64,000 nucleotides of DNA, from the NCBI RefSeq assembly GCF_009914755.1, contig NC_060943.1; one strand, 5' to 3'. Below the pieces are notes generated by a model. It saw nothing but the letters and a program-made list of their open reading frames with translations. It was not told where the DNA came from and made no database searches. The DNA is from the human T2T-CHM13v2.0 reference genome, Homo sapiens. Position 1 is the first letter of the stretch. Every line of letters starts with the position of its first letter. Positions 38,815 to 64,000 of the stretch are shown here, piece by piece. A program made the position numbers and the translations under genes.

Positions 38815-39479
38815 CCTGGAAGCCCTGGCCCTCCCACAAGGCCCACCTCTTGCTGTGGTGGTGGCCAAGCATCCCGTCTTGTGGGGGTGCTGGGGTGGGG
38901 TGCGGTGCAGAAATGACCAGATGCCTGTCCCACCAAAAGGCCACTCCCACCTTTCCAGGGGGTCTCCCCTGCAGGTGGTCACACCCGACTTCCTGGGCTG
39001 TGCCTCTTCTCCAAGGACAGCCAGAATTCAAAACCCATGCCCCTATTACCCAGCTGGGGAAACTGAGGCTCAAAGAGAAAAAGACATGGCCAAGATCCCT
39101 CAGAAATTCCTAGGCAACGTTGGAGGGGTGGAGGAGCCTAGGATCCTCTGATTTCTGGCTGGTTTGGCTGGGGACAGTCCTGGGGGCAGTTGGAAGAGAG
39201 GATGTTAAGATGGAAAATTACAAGATATAGTTCTTTTTCTCCCAGTTTGACAAATATTTGTTGAGTGTTGGCTGTGTCCGGGACTGGAGCTGGGGTGCTG
39301 GGAAGACAGAGAAGCGAGGCAGAGGTCTAGAATCTCAGGGCAGAAGGGACTTGGGGAGAACTGGGGTCCATTTCTTTCTTCTTCCAATAATAGCTATTTT
39401 TATTTTTAAAAAATAAGAGACCATTTGATCAAGCATCTATTTTATGTGGGGCATTTTTGTGCCTGACAGCAATTCTGGC

Positions 39480-46560
<7,081 letters not shown>

Positions 46561-46904
46561 CCATCTTTATCTCTTTCTGTGTCTGCCTCTTCCTCCAGGT
46601 CCCCTGTCTGCCCATCCTTTTTCCCCACCCCTCCCCCATCTGTTCATCTGTCTGTCTGTCTGCCTTCAGTCTGTCTCTCCTCTTTGTCAACCCGACTCTC
46701 CCTTTCCCACCTCTCTCTGCGTCTGTCTCTTGCATCTCGTTTGTGTGTTTGCCTGTCTCTCCTGATCTGATTTTCTCTCCTGATCTGTCTCCCCCGTCTC
46801 CTTCTGTCCACGTGGCTCCTGCCTCCCTCTGTGTCACTCTCTTCCTTCCACACACTGTCTTTGTCCCTTGGAATCTCCCAGGAGAGACCCAGATAAGAAG
46901 GTGA

Positions 46905-50287
<3,383 letters not shown>

Positions 50288-50489
50288 TCAAGTCTTGTTC
50301 CTGCACATTCCACCCTGGAGAAATCTGGGGCAAGTGACTGTTCCCCGGGCCTTAGCTTCTCCTGTCACTGGGACATCACAACAGCACCTACCTTAGGGCA
50401 ACTCAGGCCAGGGAAGTTGGTGCTGCCTCACCTCCCAATGTGCGTCCTCCTGGGCCTGGAGCCTCAGGGCCTCTGGAAGGAGGAAGTGA

Positions 50490-50708
<219 letters not shown>

Positions 50709-51017
50709 TAGCCGCTGCCAGAGTTCCATATGTTCTGGAACCCTTGACTCCTAGAGTTCAGAACCCAGCCAACTTGCAGTTTTCAGAATGTTCAAGAAAC
50801 TTCTGACACTCAGAGTTGCAGAACCTCCTGGTCCCTGCAGATTCCTGGAAATCAGAATATGGTGGTTGAAAGAATCTTGTGGCTGGGCGTGGTGGCTCAC
50901 GCCTGTAATCCCAGCACTCTGGGAGGCCGAGGCGGGCAGATCGCCTGAGGTCAGGAGTTTGAGACCAGCCTGGCCAACATGGCGAAATCCCGTCTCTACT
51001 GAAGATAACAAAAATTA

Positions 51018-51212
<195 letters not shown>

Positions 51213-51441
51213 TTAGTGACTGGGATCTCGCATCCTGATCTCTCCCTGTCGCTGCCCTGCCCTCCATTCCCCCTACTCTCACCCAGCCCCCTTCTTGGTT
51301 CCCTAGGGGAGGAAGGCTTGGGTGAGTATTAGGAGCCAGCCACCCTGGAGACCTCTGAGAGAGAGGACGGAGGTCGCTGGCCCCTTCGCTGGCCATCCTT
51401 AGGGCCCTGATTGACGGCAGCTCTCTCGCCTCCCCCCACAG

Positions 51442-51491
51442 GCAGCAGCCCGGCCCGTCGGAGCACATAGAGCGCCGGGTCTCCAATGCAG
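51442..51491 (+). CDS. VASP: VASP exon 5 (Ser157 PKA site, RRVS)
   Basis: QQPGPSEHIERRVSNA. Confidence 0.95.
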
Positions 51492-51570
51492 GTGATGCTC
51501 AGATAGCTTCGGGAGTTGGGAGGGGGCCTCCCTGGAGGAAGTGGCCAGCCAGCTGGACAGTGAAGAATGA

Positions 51571-52093
<523 letters not shown>

Positions 52094-52410
52094 TGAGCCT
52101 GAGCCTGGACCCCCAAGTCACCTGGAGTTCCAGTTCAGTAGGGCCCAGTCAGAGGAGGGCTCCAATTCCTGTTTAGTTTGTTTCTTTTGGTGAATGTTCC
52201 CCCTTTGATAACCAGGTTTGGGATATAATGGTGGGGTTTGTCATGAAATGCCTGAGGCTTGCAACCACCTAGGTAGCCTGTAGATGTTCTAAAACCCAGA
52301 ATTCTAGAACCGTAGGAGATCCTGCCTCAGAATTCTGGGAACTCAGGTTCCTGCAATCTCAGTGTTCCAACACAGCACCGCTCCACCCTCGGAATCTTAC
52401 TGTTCCCTAA

Positions 52411-52695
<285 letters not shown>

Positions 52696-52917
52696 TGAAC
52701 TCTTGACCTCAAGAGATCCACCTGCTTCAGCCTCTCAAAGTGTTGGCATTACAGGCCACTGCGCCCAGCACAATCTCTTGAATTTCTAAAACTAGAGTTT
52801 CCTTAGGTTTTCGGAGTTCCAGAATTCTATGCGCTAGGATCTACATTTCTAGAACTCCCCTCAGAAGGGGATGGGTTGGGTGACGGAAGCACGTGTTTTT
52901 GCTTTTCTCTCCTGCAG

Positions 52918-52969
52918 AAGGAAAGCCACGCAAGTTGGGGAGAAAACCCCCAAGGATGAATCTGCCAAT
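52918..52969 (+). CDS. VASP: VASP exon 8 (Thr278)
   Basis: RKATQVGEKTPKDESAN. Confidence 0.95.
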
Positions 52970-53114
52970 GTAAGTCAGGGACTCTTCTTGCCCTACATCT
53001 CTTAGGCCGTACCATGAGGGTAGGGATAGTGGGATGTGTGGGGTTTGAACCTGAAAGAGGAAATGGGCAGAGGTGTGGCAGGGGCTGGCTCATGGCAGTT
53101 TTATTTCCTACCAG

Positions 53115-53151
53115 CAGGAGGAGCCAGAGGCCAGAGTCCCGGCCCAGAGTG
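53115..53151 (+). CDS. VASP: VASP exon 9
   Basis: QEEPEARVPAQS. Confidence 0.94.
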
Positions 53152-53370
53152 GTGAGTAGAGTGCCCAGTCCAGCCACAGGAACTACAAATCCCAGAATAC
53201 TCTGTTCTCACATGTTAAGCACCCTTATAGGAGAGTCAGGGCGAATGGTGCTGGGGATTGTAGTCTCCTGAGATGGGGCTTTGATCAGGGGCTGATGAGG
53301 TTGGGGGAGTAAGATTGATTGGGGGGCAGTCTTTTGTCCCTGATCTTTCTGATTTCTTGCCTATCCCCAG

Positions 53371-53416
53371 AATCTGTGCGGAGACCCTGGGAGAAGAACA
53401 GCACAACCTTGCCAAG
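53371..53416 (+). CDS. VASP: VASP exon 10
   Basis: SVRRPWEKNSTTLP. Confidence 0.95.
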
Positions 53417-53664
53417 GTAGGCCATCGGTCCTGGGGCCCTTGGGGAGGTAAAGGCGGGCAGATCGCTTGAGCCCAGGAGGTCAAGACCAGCCTGGGCAAC
53501 ATGGCGACACCCCATCTCTACAAAAATTAGCCAGGCGTGGTAGCACTTACCTGTGGTCCCAGCTACTCAGGAGGCTGAGGTGGGAGGATTACTTGAGCCC
53601 AGGAAGTTGAGGCCTCAGCGAGCCATCATCATGCCTGCACTCCAGCCTGAGAAATAGAATGTGA

Positions 53665-54006
<342 letters not shown>

Positions 54007-54826
54007 TGATCCTAGATAACATCTCAGAAACCTCAGGTTTCCAATCTGACAAATGGAGAAACTGGATTGGGTCAAGGATGACCGAGACTCCACACCCCCT
54101 TTTCTGGCACCTGTGACAGACATTATTAATCTATCACCGCGCTCATTCCAGATGAGTGCCTTGAATTCTTTCCGCACATTGACCCAGCTGTCCATCACCA
54201 ATTGGAGTTGGCAGGAGGCTGGAATGCGCTTGCCAACCTTGGTACTGGATGTTCTCCAGTACTTTTCCGGCTCCAAGGATCCAGAATTCTCCCCTAGAAT
54301 CCTCCAGTCACTCTGCGACCTTGACAGCGATGTCATGGTGTCGATGTAGGGGTAGGTCTCAAACCTACTACCCCTGGCTTTTCCATCAACAAGAAAGAGG
54401 GGACTCTGGCAGGGCACGGTGGCTCATGTGTGTAATTTCAGCACATTGCGAGGCTGAGGTGGGAGCATTGCTTGAGGCCAGGAGTTTGAGACCAGCCTGG
54501 GGCAACATCGGGAGACCCCCATCTCTAAAAATAACTTTTAAAAGTTACCTGAGAAGGCCAGGTGCGGTGGCTCATGCCTGTAATCCCAGCACTTTGGGAG
54601 GCCGAGGTGGGTGGATCACCTGAGGTCAGGGGTTCAAGACCAGCCTGGCCAACATGGTGAAACCCATCGCTACTAAAAATACAAAAATTAGGCTGGGAAT
54701 GGTGGCTCACAGCCATAATCCCAGCAGTTTGGAAGGCTGATGGGGACGGATCACGTGAAGTCAAAAGTTCGAGACCAGCCTGGCCAACATGGCGAAACCC
54801 TGTCTCTACTAAAAATACAAAAATTA

Positions 54827-54967
<141 letters not shown>

Positions 54968-54970
54968 TCA

Positions 54971-55195
<225 letters not shown>

Positions 55196-55219
55196 TTAGT
55201 TTTACCCCATTAATTTTAG

Positions 55220-55277
55220 GAGCTTCTGGAAGAGGTGAAGAAGGAATTGCAGAAAGTGAAAGAGGAAATCATTGAAG
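55220..55277 (+). CDS. VASP: VASP exon 12 (tetramerisation coiled coil)
   Basis: ELLEEVKKELQKVKEEIIE. Confidence 0.96.
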
Positions 55278-55413
55278 GTGAGGTGGTTTGCTTTGGTTTT
55301 GTTCTTAAACATTTACTTATTTTGGAGGCATCATGTCCCTGGGCAAGAGCCCTGTTTTGGAAGGGAGGAGGCAGAGACTCTGCCCCTGACCTCTGCTCCT
55401 TGTTTCCTTCCAG

Positions 55414-55451
55414 CCTTCGTCCAGGAGCTGAGGAAGCGGGGTTCTCCCTGA
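55414..55451 (+). CDS. VASP: VASP exon 13 coding part
   Basis: FVQELRKRGSP*. Confidence 0.96.
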
Positions 55452-56233
55452 CCACAGGGACCCAGAAGACCCGCTTCTCCTTTCCGCACACCCGGCCTGT
55501 CACCCTGCTTTCCCTGCCTCTACTTGACTTGGAATTGGCTGAAGACTACACAGGAATGCATCGTTCCCACTCCCCATCCCACTTGGAAAACTCCAAGGGG
55601 GTGTGGCTTCCCTGCTCACACCCACACTGGCTGCTGATTGGCTGGGGAGGCCCCCGCCCTTTTCTCCCTTTGGTCCTTCCCCTCTGCCATCCCCTTGGGG
55701 CCGGTCCCTCTGCTGGGGATGCACCAATGAACCCCACAGGAAGGGGGAAGGAAGGAGGGAATTTCACATTCCCTTGTTCTAGATTCACTTTAACGCTTAA
55801 TGCCTTCAAAGTTTTGGTTTTTTTAAGAAAAAAAAATATATATATATTTGGGTTTTGGGGGAAAAGGGAAATTTTTTTTTCTCTTTGGTTTTGATAAAAT
55901 GGGATGTGGGAGTTTTTAAATGCTATAGCCCTGGGCTTGCCCCATTTGGGGCAGCTATTTAAGGGGAGGGGATGTCTCACCGGGCTGGGGGTGAGATATC
56001 CCCCCACCCCAGGGACTCCCCTTCCCTCTGGCTCCTTCCCCTTTTCTATGAGGAAATAAGATGCTGTAACTTTTTGGAACCTCAGTTTTTTGATTTTTTA
56101 TTTGGGTAGGTTTTGGGGTCCAGGCCATTTTTTTTACCCCTTGGAGGAAATAAGATGAGGGAGAAAGGAGAAGGGGAGGAAACTTCTCCCCTCCCACCTT
56201 CACCTTTAGCTTCTTGAAAATGGGCCCCTGCAG

Positions 56234-56239
56234 AATAAA
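56234..56239 (+). terminator. VASP: VASP polyadenylation signal AATAAA
   Basis: Canonical hexamer about 780 nt after the stop. Confidence 0.85.
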
Positions 56240-56635
56240 TCTGCCAGTTTTTATAAATGCTAAGATCTCTGGAGTGATTTGAAGGCCTGTTCTGATGGGG
56301 ATGGAGGTGTGCTCGGCCCCCGGTGCCCCTCCAGGAAGATTTGGTCCTCTGCTGAGAACCCCTGCCTCCTCCCAGGAATCCACCTTCCCTTCATCTTCCT
56401 TCCCACCCTGCATATTGCGCCTGCTCACTCATCCTCAGGCCCGCAGCCAGGATGATCTCTGCCCCCTCCAGCCTCCCTCCCCATGCCCCTTAGGAGGCCA
56501 CTTCCTCCCCATCCCACCCTGCCCTTCACCACCCTAGGGGAGGCCAGAAGCAGCCTCACTTTGTGTAGCCTTGGGCAAGTCCATTTGCTTACCTCAGGCC
56601 TCAGTTTCTGATTTGGGAAAGGGCTCATAAGATGA

Positions 56636-56842
<207 letters not shown>

Positions 56843-57064
56843 TAGCTAATATTTTCATTTTTCGTAGAGATGCGGTCTTGCTGTGTTGCCTAGGTTGGTC
56901 TCTAACTCCTGGCCTCCAGCAGTCCTCCTGCTTTGGCCTCTTAAAGTGCTGGAATTACAGGCGTGAGCCACTGTGTCCGGCCTTCTTTCCTAATTTCAAT
57001 GACATTTTGCAGACGCACATTATGGTTCTCAGACACGTTCTTAAGATCTTTACCCCAGAGCTCC

Positions 57065-57070
57065 TTTAAT
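57065..57070 (-). terminator. OPA3: Candidate OPA3B polyadenylation signal ATTAAA
   Basis: TTTAAT on plus strand about 1.26 kb past the OPA3B stop. Confidence 0.55.
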
Positions 57071-58329
57071 TAGAAAACGCTGACAGTCGATTTATAAAGT
57101 AGCATTCAGAGTCACAGAGCTCATCCACGCCCCCTTCAGTTGTCGGGTGGGTAGGTCATATGGCCTGGTGGAATACCCCGCTTGGACAGGGGGACCTCTG
57201 GGCTGAGGGACAGGTAGTCCCCCTGGAGGAGGCCTTTGCGTGAAGGAGGGCGGAGGAGGACCTGGACCAGTCCAAAGGCAGGAAGGAAGGGCGATCCCTG
57301 CGTACCGTGAGGGGCAGATTTGGAGGGAAGTTGGGCGAACTGACGATGACTTAGGTAGTAAAGGGACAGGCCGGTCCCTAGCAAAGGCAACTGAAGAGGA
57401 CAGCGAGGGAGGACCGGATAAAAGGACAGTAGCAGTAGGTCCAGGACTGGGGACTGGTGACCAAGTGACTGAGCCTGAAAGCCAGAATGGACTAGCCCTG
57501 GTCAAGACCGGTTTTTCCTCCCAAAAGGCCACGTCCTGCTGGAACAGACCACAGAATGCCGGGCTGGGAGGCGTTTCCCTGGAAGACCCAGCATAGCCAT
57601 GCCAGTGGGGTGCGCCATAGGCGGAAGAAGAGGGGGGTTATGTTGGATCGATCCACTCAGGGAGGGGAGGATGTCAATGACAGGTACTAAGATGGATTAA
57701 GGTCAGGAGCCGCAGGGTGGTGACTCATTGGAGCTAACGCAGTCCAGGATTCACCCCCACCTTTCCCCCTAAGACTGAGGTAGATGGAAGGGGGCGGGTC
57801 GGGAAGTCCGTAGGAACTTTGTGCATCTTTACAATGGTCTGTACCAATGAGGAGGAGGTAGGTGGTGTTCGGTGCAAAGGATGAGCGTCCTAGGGGAAGG
57901 GTCCACTCAGGTGAGTGAGGGTGCGGGTGACAGAATGAGAGGTGGCTAAATCCGGGTGCAGAATTTTGTTTTGCCAAAAGAGGTGGACGTCCTGCTGGCC
58001 TACCTAGCGGTAGGGAGGTGGGGTCTGATAAAAGACGCTGTCTTTCCAAAGTGCTCAACAAATGCGCTGGCAGGGGCGGGGTGGGATAGGGCGGGGTCCT
58101 TCTTGGAACGTTCCACCTGCAGGAGGCGGAGAGTCCCAGTGGAAGGTACCACTGGGCAGGTTAGTAGGGAGGTTCGATCAGCTCCAGCCCAGGATCTCTC
58201 CGGCGCCCCCGAAGGACTGGGTGGTGTCAGCTGGGCCGGTCCAGGATGGGACAGTGCGGAGAATAGGCCAAGACAGAGACTTCGCAGTCCAGACAGCAGT
58301 CACCTCCAAGACCAGGGCCCCGAGACCTC

Positions 58330-58730
58330 CTATTTCTCGGACGCCGGCGCAACTGGGGGTGCAGGCGGCGGGTCTCGGAGGCAGAGGTGGGCTCGCACCT
58401 CCTGCAGCTGAGCGCGCAGCTCCTCCAGGGCGAGCTGCGTCGACGTCGCCTGCACCTGCGCCTGCAACTCCTCGAGCGCCAGCCCCAAGTGGCCCACCTC
58501 GCCCCGCAGCGCCTCCCTGGCAACACGTCGCTCCTTTTCCTTGCGGCGCTGCTGCAACTGGTGGCGCCAATACTCCAGCATCAGGCAGCTGCAGGCGGTG
58601 ATGAAGATGATGCCCTCGCCCAGCAGCTCCGCGCCCAGCTCGGCGGCTGCACCCTCGTTCAGCGGCTTGATGGCAGCGGCATTGAAACCCATGATGCGCA
58701 TTTTGGTCCGCATCTCCAGCCAGTGGTACA
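58330..58730 (-). CDS. OPA3: OPA3 alternative terminal exon (OPA3B isoform); exon 1 lies outside the window
   Basis: [15 protein letters not shown]...[16 protein letters not shown]...PVAPASEK*; acceptor tttcctgcag. Confidence 0.93.
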
Positions 58731-58994
58731 CTGCAGGAAAAGACAGGAGTCAGGGGTCTTTTGCAGGGCAGCCTCCTATAAGCCCCGACCCTCTGTGCTT
58801 CGATGTCCCCGTTGTAGCAATGGGGATGTGGTCACCACAATCGGACGCGTGCTGGCGGGGACGCCTTAACGAAGACAAGTGCAGGCCTCACACCCAGAAT
58901 CCTCTAGGGAAAACTTCCTTAACTAATGACTTACTCATGTGAAGGTGGAGTGTCAGCTTTTGCATCGTTATAAACACAGAAGATGCTGATGCTC

Positions 58995-64000
<5,006 letters not shown>

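Noticed and set aside
58062-58942. Plus-strand ORFs of 133-179 aa
   Set aside because: Antisense shadows of the GC-rich OPA3 exon

Overview
Human/primate genomic DNA, GC-rich and very Alu-dense. The gene order matches chr19q13.32: 3' part of FOSB (+, exons 2-4 and 3'UTR), the selenocysteine tRNA gene (-) with its TATA/PSE/SPH-octamer upstream promoter, complete RTN2 (-, 11 coding exons, 545 aa), complete PPM1N (+, 5 exons, 430 aa), complete VASP (+, 13 exons, 380 aa) and the alternative terminal exon of OPA3 (-, OPA3B isoform). All exon junctions were read from the sequence; for RTN2, PPM1N and VASP the summed CDS lengths close in frame. No prokaryotic systems (CRISPR etc.) are present, and most small ORFs in the track are Alu or GC-rich artefacts. 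The most notable signals not explained by the gene models are: two convergent ACTACAnnTCCCA (ZNF143/THAP11-type) motif pairs with nearly identical 82/83-bp geometry in the RTN2 3'UTR and VASP intron 9; a perfect four-unit heat-shock element in VASP intron 4; an FMR1-like (GGC)10/uORF architecture at the RTN2 5' end; promoter motifs embedded in RTN2 coding exon 5; and an unexplained hairpin-rich, coding-like segment in VASP intron 11. These are hypotheses from motif reading only.
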